Shown: one piece after another, positions 46,901 to 55,066 of the stretch | How positions within the stretch are numbered: position 1 is the stretch's first letter | Layout: every line of letters begins with the position of its first letter | NCBI GenBank assembly: GCA_023247035.1 | Contig: JAHFHG010000009.1 | Span: 1 to 55,066, forward strand | Length of the DNA: 55,066 bases | Direction of reading: 5' to 3' | From: Candidatus Omnitrophota bacterium | GTDB taxonomy: Bacteria > Omnitrophota > Omnitrophia > Omnitrophales > Aquincolibacteriaceae | The notes under the pieces: model-generated | Seen by the model: only the letters and a program-made list of their open reading frames with translations | Database searches by the model: none | Told to the model about the DNA's origin: nothing | Program-made: the position numbers and the translations under genes

Positions 46901-47169
46901 GAAAGCTCGTTGAGCAGCTTCGCGGAATCCTTGGAAATATCTTTTTTCAATTTCAGGATTAGAATTCCAGGCCTGGACACGGGTCCGGCGGTTTCCTTTC
47001 GAATCATTTTTGAAAAACTTCCTTGATCCTCCGTGGATTCCGAATTCCGGACAAAGGCCGAAAGAGGGGAAGCTGTGAAAAGTATTCCTAAAACAAGGGC
47101 CGATATTTTGAACGTTTTCCTTAACTTAAATAGGAAACCGTTTGAATTCGCGGGATCCTTAAACCGCAT
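43906..47169 (-). pseudogene. Secreted S8 subtilase with FG-GAP beta-propeller, interrupted by one in-frame TAA at 46771-46773
   Basis: Signal peptide/prodomain ORF 46771-47169 is in the same frame as 43906-46707. Catalytic VDTG, HGTH, SGTSMS intact; DxNxDG FG-GAP repeats. Confidence 0.8.
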
Positions 47170-47281
47170 ATCTCGTCTCCTTTATTTTTAAAAGATAAGC
47201 CTTGCGTGGTTAAAGAATATATTAAGTAAGGCCCGGAGATCAAGGACACAGAATCCGATCCTGCGCGGATTATGAGCTTTC

Positions 47282-47310
47282 TTGAACGCAAGTCCGGTTT
47301 TTGCTACAAT
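47282..47310 (+). promoter_or_regulatory. glyQ promoter (leaderless)
   Basis: TTGAAC-17 bp-(TGc)TACAAT, then TCCCCCC and ATG 47318. Confidence 0.65.
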
Positions 47311-47317
47311 TCCCCCC

Positions 47318-48211
47318 ATGTCTAAGTCTCTGAATTTTCAAGAGTTAATACAGAAACTCAATGTCTTCTGGGGCCAGAAGGGCTGTTTGATTATGCAGCC
47401 TTATGATCTTGAAGTAGGCGCCGGCACGTTTTCTCCTCACACTTTTCTGAGGGCGCTGGGGCCCGAACCCTGGAACGCGGCCTATGTCGAGCCTTCACGG
47501 CGGCCCGCCGACGGACGCTACGGCGAAAATCCCCACCGGACCCAGCATTATTATCAATATCAGGTGATTCTGAAACCCGCGCCGGAAAATTCCCAGGAAC
47601 TTTATCTCGACAGTCTCAAGAATCTTGGAGTCGACCTTCTTTCTCACGATATCCGCTTTGTCGAGGACGACTGGGAGTCGCCGACGCTCGGCGCGTGGGG
47701 ACTTGGCTGGGAAGTGTGGCTTGACAGCCAGGAAATCACGCAGTTCACTTATTTTCAGCAGTGCGGCAGCATCGACCTGGAAATGATTTCGTGCGAAATC
47801 ACTTACGGCCTGGAGCGGATCGCGATGTTCCTGCAAGGAAAAGAATCCCTTTTTGATATCGAATGGACGCGGGGCGTGAGTTACGGCGACGTCCATCTTC
47901 AAGGCGAGAAGGAATTTTCCCAATTTAATTTTGAGGAGTCGGAACCGGGAATGCTCCGCCGCCATTTCGAAGATTATGAAAAACAGGCCGCGCGCCTTTT
48001 GGAAAAGAAACTTGTCCTGCCGGCCTACGACTGCTGCCTGAAAACGTCTCATCTTTTCAATCTGCTCGACGCCCGCGGAGCGGTCAGCGTGAACGAGCGG
48101 CCGCGTTATATTGCCCGGGTGCGGGCTTTGGCGCGCACGTGCGCGGAAGGTTATCTCGAAAGCCGCAAAGCTCAAAACTTTCCTCTTTTAAAAAAACCCC
48201 GCCGATCATGA
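47318..48211 (+). CDS. glyQ: Glycine--tRNA ligase alpha subunit
   Basis: [46 protein letters not shown]. Confidence 0.97.
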   Translation: MSKSLNFQELIQKLNVFWGQKGCLIMQPYDLEVGAGTFSPHTFLRALGPEPWNAAYVEPSRRPADGRYGENPHRTQHYYQYQVILKPAPENSQELYLDSLKNLGVDLLSHDIRFVEDDWESPTLGAWGLGWEVWLDSQEITQFTYFQQCGSIDLEMISCEITYGLERIAMFLQGKESLFDIEWTRGVSYGDVHLQGEKEFSQFNFEESEPGMLRRHFEDYEKQAARLLEKKLVLPAYDCCLKTSHLFNLLDARGAVSVNERPRYIARVRALARTCAEGYLESRKAQNFPLLKKPRRS

Positions 48212-50349
48212 GCCATTTGCTTGTCGAAATCGGAACCGAAGAATTGCCGGTGGATAGCTTAGATGTTATTTATTCTGATCTTGAAGACAAGGACAGCGTC
48301 AATCGCAATGTTTTCAAAGATAAAATCAAAGCCCTATTGGGCGTTTATAGACTTTCTTATAAGACTATTTTTGCCGGGGCAACGCCGCGGCGGATCGCTT
48401 TCTTTGTGGAGGATTTGGCTTCAAGGCAGGAAAATCAACATTTAGAATTCAACGGGCCTGCGGTGGAAAAAGCGTATGATGCGGACGGCAATCCTACGCC
48501 CGCGCTTTTAGGATTTTTAAAAAGCAAAAGCGCGGATTTGAAGGACGTGAAAATTAAAGAAACGTCAAAAGGAAAATTTGTCATTCTCGAAAAGAAAGAA
48601 ATCGGTAAGCCTGCAATCGCTGTTCTCCCTCATTTTTTAGAAGCTGTTTTAAATGCTCCTGCGTTCCCCAAGACGATGCGCTGGGAAAAAAGCGGATTCA
48701 AATTTCCGCGGCCGGTCCGCTGGATTCTGGCCCTCCTCGACCGCAAGGTCATTCCCTTTCAAGTCGCGGGCATCAAGGCCTCGCATTTAAGCTACGGGCA
48801 CCGGTTTCTGGCGCCCAAGGCGTTTAAGATTCCCTCCGCGGATTGGGCGGCCTATCAAAAGGCCTTAAAAAAAATGCACGTGATCTTGAAACTCGAAGAA
48901 CGGAAAGCCGTGATCCGCCGGGCGCTTTTAAAAAAGTATCATCAAGGTTCGTTTGATCAGGAACTTGTCCATACGGCGGCCAATCTCGTGGAGGAGCCCT
49001 TCTTGCTTGAGGGAAGTTTTTCTAAATCCTATTTAGAACTTCCTTCCGAAGTCCTCGCAAGCTGTATGAAAAAGAATCAGAAGATTTTTGCCTGCTGCGA
49101 TTCCAAGGCCCGCCTGACGAGCCGTTTTATGGCCGTTCTCAACGGAAAGCGGAAGAATCTTTCGCGGATTCGCGCGGGTTATGAAAATGTTTTGGATTCC
49201 CGCTTGAAAGACGCGCGCTATTTTTTTCAGGAGGATACCAAGGAACCTCTGGAAGCCAAACTCCCGCTGCTTGAGCAGATTGTTTATCTGGGAAAATTGG
49301 GAACAATGCGCGAAAAGACGGAGCGCCTGGAGCGGCTCGCCGGGGATTTTGCCGTTCTGGTCGGCCGCGCGGATTTAAAAGAATCTCTGCAGCGGGCTGC
49401 CCGTCTTTCCAAGATCGATTTGATGACGCGCCTGGTTTATGAATTTCCAGAACTGCAGGGGGTTGTGGGCCGCGAATATGCCCTGGCTTCGGGAGAAAAA
49501 GACGAGGTCGCTTCCGCGATCGGAACGCAGTATCTCCCTAAAAATTTATCCGAGGATTTCCGCGAGCTTAAAAAGCAGTTGTCTCCGGTCGGCGCTTTAT
49601 TCGGCCTTCTTGACCGCTTGGATCTGCTCGTCGGCGCTTTCGGCACAGGGCTTGAACCGACCGGCAGCCAGGATCCTTTCGCCCTTCGCCGCGCGGGCGG
49701 CGCCGCCGTAAAAATCTGGAGGGCCTTGCGTTTTCCTTTTAAATTATCCGAAGCGATTCGAATGGTTCAGGAACAATACGCGCGATCCGCGGGGATTTCA
49801 AAAGGGCCTGAACTGGAAAGCCGGCTCAAGAAGTTTTTTGAGGAACGGGTGACTTTTGAGCTCCAGGCGAAAGCGGGAACGCGGGAATCGGAAATCTTGA
49901 CGGCCGTTTTCCGCTCGTCTTTCGACAATCTGGCCGATGTTTACGACCGATACGAGGCTCTCACTCAGCTTTATGAGCGCGATTCCGAGGCCTTTATCCG
50001 GACCGCGAAAGTGGTGGAGAGGACGGGGAATATTCTCAAAGGCGCCAAAGTCGTTTCAGGGATTGATCCTTCTCATTTTCGTGAAAATTCCGAGATAAAA
50101 CTTTATCAGATTTTAAATGAACACTCCGGCGAGATTACAACTTTTCTGGAAAAGAAGGATTATGCAAAAGCCACTTCCCGTTTCGGCGAGATTTTTCACC
50201 AGCCCGTCCACGACTTTTTCAAGGAAGTGATGGTCAATGTGGAGGATCCGGCGCTGCGCTCGACGCGCCAGGCCTTGGTCAGCCAAATCAACCGGCTTTA
50301 TACCGAACGGCTGGCGGATTTATCAGTACTCTCCCGGCTTGAAGGGTGA
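48208..50349 (+). CDS. glyS: Glycine--tRNA ligase beta subunit
   Basis: [46 protein letters not shown]. Confidence 0.96.
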   Translation: MSHLLVEIGTEELPVDSLDVIYSDLEDKDSVNRNVFKDKIKALLGVYRLSYKTIFAGATPRRIAFFVEDLASRQENQHLEFNGPAVEKAYDADGNPTPALLGFLKSKSADLKDVKIKETSKGKFVILEKKEIGKPAIAVLPHFLEAVLNAPAFPKTMRWEKSGFKFPRPVRWILALLDRKVIPFQVAGIKASHLSYGHRFLAPKAFKIPSADWAAYQKALKKMHVILKLEERKAVIRRALLKKYHQGSFDQELVHTAANLVEEPFLLEGSFSKSYLELPSEVLASCMKKNQKIFACCDSKARLTSRFMAVLNGKRKNLSRIRAGYENVLDSRLKDARYFFQEDTKEPLEAKLPLLEQIVYLGKLGTMREKTERLERLAGDFAVLVGRADLKESLQRAARLSKIDLMTRLVYEFPELQGVVGREYALASGEKDEVASAIGTQYLPKNLSEDFRELKKQLSPVGALFGLLDRLDLLVGAFGTGLEPTGSQDPFALRRAGGAAVKIWRALRFPFKLSEAIRMVQEQYARSAGISKGPELESRLKKFFEERVTFELQAKAGTRESEILTAVFRSSFDNLADVYDRYEALTQLYERDSEAFIRTAKVVERTGNILKGAKVVSGIDPSHFRENSEIKLYQILNEHSGEITTFLEKKDYAKATSRFGEIFHQPVHDFFKEVMVNVEDPALRSTRQALVSQINRLYTERLADLSVLSRLEG

Positions 50350-50405
50350 TATAATGAAAAAGTTTTTTTCGTCTTACTTTATTCCATTTCAAAAGGAGCA
50401 GATCC

Positions 50406-53099
50406 ATGAAGACTGCAGCAAAGAAAAAGGCAAATTCTTCCACCCCAGGTTTTATGAAAACTAAGGCGAAAACAAAACACGTTTATTTTTTCGCAAGCGG
50501 CAAAGCGGAAGGCAATGCCGGGATGAAACACCTTCTCGGCGGCAAAGGCGCGAACCTCGCGGAGATGACCAACCTCGGGATTCCCGTCCCGCCGGGCTTC
50601 ACCCTTTCCACAGAGGCCTGCGATCTTTTTTATAAGCTGGGCAAGAAATGGCCTCAAGGTTTGGAAGTCCAGATCAAAGCCAACCTTGTGAAACTCGAAA
50701 ACGCGATGGGCGCGAAATTCGGCGACCGGAATAATCCTCTTCTTGTTTCGGTCAGGAGCGGCGCCGCGGCCTCGATGCCGGGAATGATGGACACGGTTTT
50801 GAATCTCGGTTTGAACCCGGAAGTGGTGCAGGGCCTCATTATCAAGACCGAAAATGAGCGGTTTGCCTGGGACGCTTACCGGCGTTTTATCACGATGTTC
50901 GGAAATGTGGTGATGGGCGTCAAGCACGATACGTTTGAACATATCCTCGAAAAGAAAAAAGAACAGCTTAAGATCAAGCAAGACACAGAATTAAACGCCG
51001 GCGACCTTAAAGATCTTGTCCGGCTCTTCAAAAAAGCTTACCAAGAGGAAACTCGCGAGGGATTCCCGGACGATCCTTACGAGCAGCTTACGAAAACGAT
51101 CAACGCGGTTTTCAATTCCTGGAATAATCCCCGCGCCGTTAAATACCGCCGGCTTAACGAAATCCGCGGGCTGCTTGGGACTGCGGTGAACGTCCAGGCC
51201 ATGGTTTTTGGAAATATGGGCGATACCTCCGGAACGGGCGTGTGCTTTACGCGCAATCCTTCGACGGGCGAGAATAAATTTTACGGCGAATTTCTCATCA
51301 ACGCCCAAGGCGAAGACGTGGTGGCCGGGATCCGGACGCCTGAGCCGCTCGAAGATCTTGCCAAGCAGTGGCCTGCGATTTACAAACAGCTTCTTGCGAT
51401 CCGCGCCAAGCTTGAAAAACATTACCGGGATATGCAGGACATTGAATTCACGATTCAGGAAGAAAAACTTTTTATTCTCCAGACCCGGAACGGGAAGAGA
51501 ACGGCTCAGGCCGCGGTCCGGATCGCAGTTGAAATCGTCAAGGAAGGGTTGATTTCTCAAGATCAGGCTATCTTGCGCGTCGATCCCAAACAGCTCGATC
51601 AGCTCCTTCATCCGACCTTTGATCCCAAGGAGAAAAAAGAAATTATCGCCCGCGGGCTTCCGGCTTCTCCAGGCGCGGCTACGGGAAAAGTGGTGTTTAA
51701 TGCCGAAGACGCGGAAAGCTGGGCGGCAAAAGGCGAGAGCGTTATTTTGGTCCGCATTGAAACTTCACCGGAGGATATCGGCGGGATGCACGCGGCCAAG
51801 GGAATTCTCACGGCCCGCGGCGGAATGACCTCGCACGCCGCCGTGGTCGCGCGGGGAATGGGCAAATGCTGCGTGGCCGGCGCCGGAGAGCTCCACATTA
51901 ATTATGAAACGAAACAATTCAGCGTGGGATCGGCCGTCATCAAGGAAGGGGATTCCCTTTCCCTTGACGGAAGTTTGGGACAAGTTTATGCGGGCAAGCT
52001 CCGCACCCTTGAGCCCGAGCTTTCCGAGGATTTTGCCAAGTTAATGTCCTGGGCGGATAAAACCCGCAAGTTGAAGGTGAGGACTAATGCCGATACGCCG
52101 CACGATTCCCAGGTGGCGAGAAAATTCGGCGCCGAGGGGATCGGGCTTTGCCGGACGGAACACATGTTTTTTGAAGGCGACCGCATTATTGCCGTAAGAG
52201 AGATGATCCTTGCAGACAATCAAGAAGGCCGCGAAAAGGCGCTGGCAAAGCTTCTCCCGATCCAGCGCGGGGATTTTGAAGGAATCTTCAAGGCGATGAA
52301 CGGCCTTCCTGTCACGGTCCGCCTTTTAGATCCTCCGCTCCACGAATTTTTGCCGCACGAGGAACACAATCAAAATGAAATGGCGCAAGTGATGAACGTT
52401 CCTGTCGAGAAAATCCGCCAAAAGGTGGCGGGCCTGCACGAATTCAATCCGATGCTGGGCCACCGAGGATGCCGGCTCGCGATCACTTATCCCGAGATCT
52501 ACCAAATGCAGACGCGGGCGATTATGGAAGCGGCCTGCAATGTCAAAAAGCAGGGGATCAAGGTGCTTCCGGAAATCATGATCCCGCTGGTCGGAATGAA
52601 AAAGGAGCTGGATCTTTTGAAGCAGGAAATGGTCGAAACGATCGAACGGATTTTTACGGAAAAGAAGATGAGCCTCCCTTATCTTCTCGGGACGATGATC
52701 GAGGTCCCGCGCGCTGCCTTGATTGCCGACCGGATTGCGGAATCCGCGGAATTTTTTTCCTTCGGGACCAATGACTTGACCCAAATGACGCTCGGCTTTT
52801 CGCGCGACGATGCGGGATCTTTTTTAGGCGCTTACGTGGAAAGAGGAATTTTCGAGAAGGACCCGTTCCAGAGTTTGGACCAGGAAGGTGTCGGATATTT
52901 GATTCAACTCGGCGTTCAAAAAGGCCGAAAGGTTAGACCCGACCTTAAAATTGGAATTTGCGGCGAACACGGAGGCGATCCCGCTTCCGTGGAGTTCTGC
53001 CATCGGGTCGGCATGAATTACGTAAGCTGCTCGCCTTACAGAGTCCCGATAGCCCGCCTGGCTGCCGCGCAAGCAGTCCTGCGTGAAAAAAAGAAGTAA
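50406..53099 (+). CDS. ppdK: Pyruvate, phosphate dikinase
   Basis: [30 protein letters not shown] (phospho-His), [15 protein letters not shown]. Confidence 0.97.
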   Translation: MKTAAKKKANSSTPGFMKTKAKTKHVYFFASGKAEGNAGMKHLLGGKGANLAEMTNLGIPVPPGFTLSTEACDLFYKLGKKWPQGLEVQIKANLVKLENAMGAKFGDRNNPLLVSVRSGAAASMPGMMDTVLNLGLNPEVVQGLIIKTENERFAWDAYRRFITMFGNVVMGVKHDTFEHILEKKKEQLKIKQDTELNAGDLKDLVRLFKKAYQEETREGFPDDPYEQLTKTINAVFNSWNNPRAVKYRRLNEIRGLLGTAVNVQAMVFGNMGDTSGTGVCFTRNPSTGENKFYGEFLINAQGEDVVAGIRTPEPLEDLAKQWPAIYKQLLAIRAKLEKHYRDMQDIEFTIQEEKLFILQTRNGKRTAQAAVRIAVEIVKEGLISQDQAILRVDPKQLDQLLHPTFDPKEKKEIIARGLPASPGAATGKVVFNAEDAESWAAKGESVILVRIETSPEDIGGMHAAKGILTARGGMTSHAAVVARGMGKCCVAGAGELHINYETKQFSVGSAVIKEGDSLSLDGSLGQVYAGKLRTLEPELSEDFAKLMSWADKTRKLKVRTNADTPHDSQVARKFGAEGIGLCRTEHMFFEGDRIIAVREMILADNQEGREKALAKLLPIQRGDFEGIFKAMNGLPVTVRLLDPPLHEFLPHEEHNQNEMAQVMNVPVEKIRQKVAGLHEFNPMLGHRGCRLAITYPEIYQMQTRAIMEAACNVKKQGIKVLPEIMIPLVGMKKELDLLKQEMVETIERIFTEKKMSLPYLLGTMIEVPRAALIADRIAESAEFFSFGTNDLTQMTLGFSRDDAGSFLGAYVERGIFEKDPFQSLDQEGVGYLIQLGVQKGRKVRPDLKIGICGEHGGDPASVEFCHRVGMNYVSCSPYRVPIARLAAAQAVLREKKK

Positions 53100-53108
53100 G
53101 CTCAAACC

Positions 53109-54308
53109 GTGACGGCGGAAAAGACGAAAAGAAAAAAGCAGCTTAAATCTTCTCGGGCATCAAAATCCCGGAAAAAGCCGGCGAAATTCACACCTCAACA
53201 GAAGGCCCGTCCGCTCAAATCCCAGAAACCGGCGGCGGCTGTCTCCTCCAAGATTTCCAAGAAAAAAGCCCGCCCGCCTTCCTCAAAAAAAGAGGATGAG
53301 AAAGACAAACCGCCTCAGCCAAAACGGACCCGTAAAGAGACCGAAGATATTTTGGCGCAAGAGGCCGCGCTCGAGGCGCCTTTAGAGCGCCGGCGGAAGA
53401 AACGGGATCCAGAAGACGAGGGGGAAGAAAACGCTCAGGCGGAATCCGAGCAAACCCTTGACCGGACTCCGATGAAAATTTACCTGAAGCAGATCGAGGA
53501 TATCCCTCTTCTTACTCCGGAACAAGAGATCGAGATTGCCCAGGAGATCCAGGCCCAGAATGAAAAATCCGCGTCCGCGCGCCACCGGATGATCCGCTCG
53601 AACCTCCGTTTGGTGATCTCCATTGCGAAACGCTACAGCAATATGGGATTGGCGTTCTCCGACCTTGTCGAGGAAGGGAATATCGGCCTGATGCGCGCGG
53701 TTGAAAAATTTAATCCCGAGCGCGGCTACCGTTTTTCCACCTATGCTTCCTGGTGGATCAAACAGGCCATTATGCGGGCCCTTTCGAACCAGGGAAAGAC
53801 GATTCGGATCCCGGTTTATATGTACGATGTGATTTCGAAATGGCGCAAGGTGCGCGACGGCCTGTTGCAAAAGCTGAACCGGATGCCGACGCGCCGGGAG
53901 ATCGCCAAGATTATGGAAGTTCCCGTCCAGAAGGTGAAAGAAATTGAAAATATCGCCGGCCGCCCGAGCTCCCTCAATGCCCCGGTAAGTCTGGACGGTA
54001 CCGCGGAGCTTATCGATTTGATTGAAGACGATTCCTCTCATTCTCCCGATGTCCAGATCGGGGAGATGCTGAAAAATGAGCGGATCGAGAAATTGCTCGA
54101 ACGCCTCGATGAGCGCGAGAAGCGGATTCTGACCCTGCGCTTTGGATTGGGCAAGGAGGATCCCCACACCCTTGAAGAAGTGGCGCAGGAGTTCGGCATT
54201 ACCCGCGAGCGCGTGCGCCAGATCGAGGCGTCGGCGCTTAAGAAAATCCGCCTTCAGCTTTCGCTGGAAGGCGACCGGCTCGAAAACTATTTATCGCCGC
54301 AGCAATGA
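53109..54308 (+). CDS. RpoD/RpoS-family sigma-70 factor with Lys-rich disordered N-terminus
   Basis: Region 1.2 (IYLKQI..IPLLTPEQE), region 2 (SNLRLVISIAKRY, FSTYASWWIKQAI), region 4 (TLEEVAQEFGITRERVRQIE). Confidence 0.92.
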   Translation: MTAEKTKRKKQLKSSRASKSRKKPAKFTPQQKARPLKSQKPAAAVSSKISKKKARPPSSKKEDEKDKPPQPKRTRKETEDILAQEAALEAPLERRRKKRDPEDEGEENAQAESEQTLDRTPMKIYLKQIEDIPLLTPEQEIEIAQEIQAQNEKSASARHRMIRSNLRLVISIAKRYSNMGLAFSDLVEEGNIGLMRAVEKFNPERGYRFSTYASWWIKQAIMRALSNQGKTIRIPVYMYDVISKWRKVRDGLLQKLNRMPTRREIAKIMEVPVQKVKEIENIAGRPSSLNAPVSLDGTAELIDLIEDDSSHSPDVQIGEMLKNERIEKLLERLDEREKRILTLRFGLGKEDPHTLEEVAQEFGITRERVRQIEASALKKIRLQLSLEGDRLENYLSPQQ

Positions 54309-54847
54309 GCGGATCTATGGCCCTCAAAGTTCCCAACATGAAAGAGATTATCCGGGACATCCCGGACTTCCCGAAACCGGGCATTCTCTTTAAAGATATT
54401 ACGCCTCTTTTGAAGGACGCCCCGGCTTTTCGCCGTGCCGTGGACGTGATGGCCGAAGAGCTGAGAAAGAAGAAAATCGATTTTATCGTAGGGATTGAAT
54501 CCCGTGGATTTATTTTCAGCCCTGTCCTGGCTTACAAACTCAATGCGGGTTTTGTCCCGGTGCGCAAAAAAGGAAAACTTCCCTTCCTGACCCATCAAGC
54601 CGCCTATGCCTTGGAATACGGCGAAGCGATTTTGGAAATTCACCGCGACGCCTTGGCGCCAAACTCGCGCGTGGCGATTGTGGATGACCTGCTTGCGACG
54701 GGCGGAACGGCATTGGCGGCCGCGCGGCTTGTCGAGAAATTGGGCGCTAAAGTCGAAAAAATAAGTTTCCTGATCGAGCTCGTTTTCTTGAAAGGCCGCC
54801 GGAAGCTCTCCGGCTACGATGTCTTCAGTCTGATCCAATACGAATAA
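54305..54847 (+). CDS. apt: Adenine phosphoribosyltransferase
   Basis: DFPKPGILFKDIT, ESRGF, RKKGKLP, LEYG, VDDLLATGGT. Confidence 0.96.
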   Translation: MSGSMALKVPNMKEIIRDIPDFPKPGILFKDITPLLKDAPAFRRAVDVMAEELRKKKIDFIVGIESRGFIFSPVLAYKLNAGFVPVRKKGKLPFLTHQAAYALEYGEAILEIHRDALAPNSRVAIVDDLLATGGTALAAARLVEKLGAKVEKISFLIELVFLKGRRKLSGYDVFSLIQYE

Positions 54848-55066
54848 CCGCAAACGGGCGTTTATCCGGCCGAGCGCCCCCACATAGACTGCGCATGTCC
54901 ATAACTTGTGATCTTGTAGAGGGGGTCATTCCTGCGTTGCTTCGCTTTGTCCCGAGATTTTAATCCCTGAAATCGTTTCGATTTCTAGGGACGAAGTAAC
55001 GCGGCCGGGGCCGGAATAGAAAGAAAAGGAAATCACAGTTTCCGGCCTTCTTGAGTATAAGGTGAC

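Overview
Gene-dense chromosomal region of a moderate-GC diderm bacterium. Gene content and repeat types suggest Candidatus Omnitrophota, which is an inference and was not tested. Housekeeping genes are leuS, glyQS, ppdK, a sigma-70 factor, apt, acpS, surE, tRNA-Ala(GGC) and tRNA-Leu(CAA). A cobalamin-riboswitch-controlled corrinoid uptake/salvage operon runs btuB, S-component-like protein, cobO, cobU, cobT, cobS, cobD, cbiB, bluB, DUF4430-like, cupredoxin-like, followed by tonB. There is an uncharacterised aminotransferase/esterase/HAD/GNAT/EamA operon and a transglutaminase-ABC operon. The most unusual signals are four. (1) A bactofilin fused to an excisionase/BldC-type HTH sits next to a membrane-anchored HTH protein. 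(2) An integrase-less mini-island carrying crcB lies at tRNA-Ala, and both of its att ends carry a 134-148 bp palindromic element that duplicates the local tRNA 3' end. (3) Several families of miniature palindromic elements are present, including in-frame insertions in surE (TA-duplicating MITE) and leuS (nested elements). (4) Several genes appear leaderless. A frameshifted nucleotidyltransferase pair and a subtilase with an internal stop are probable pseudogenes. All family assignments come from motif recognition by eye; no searches were run.
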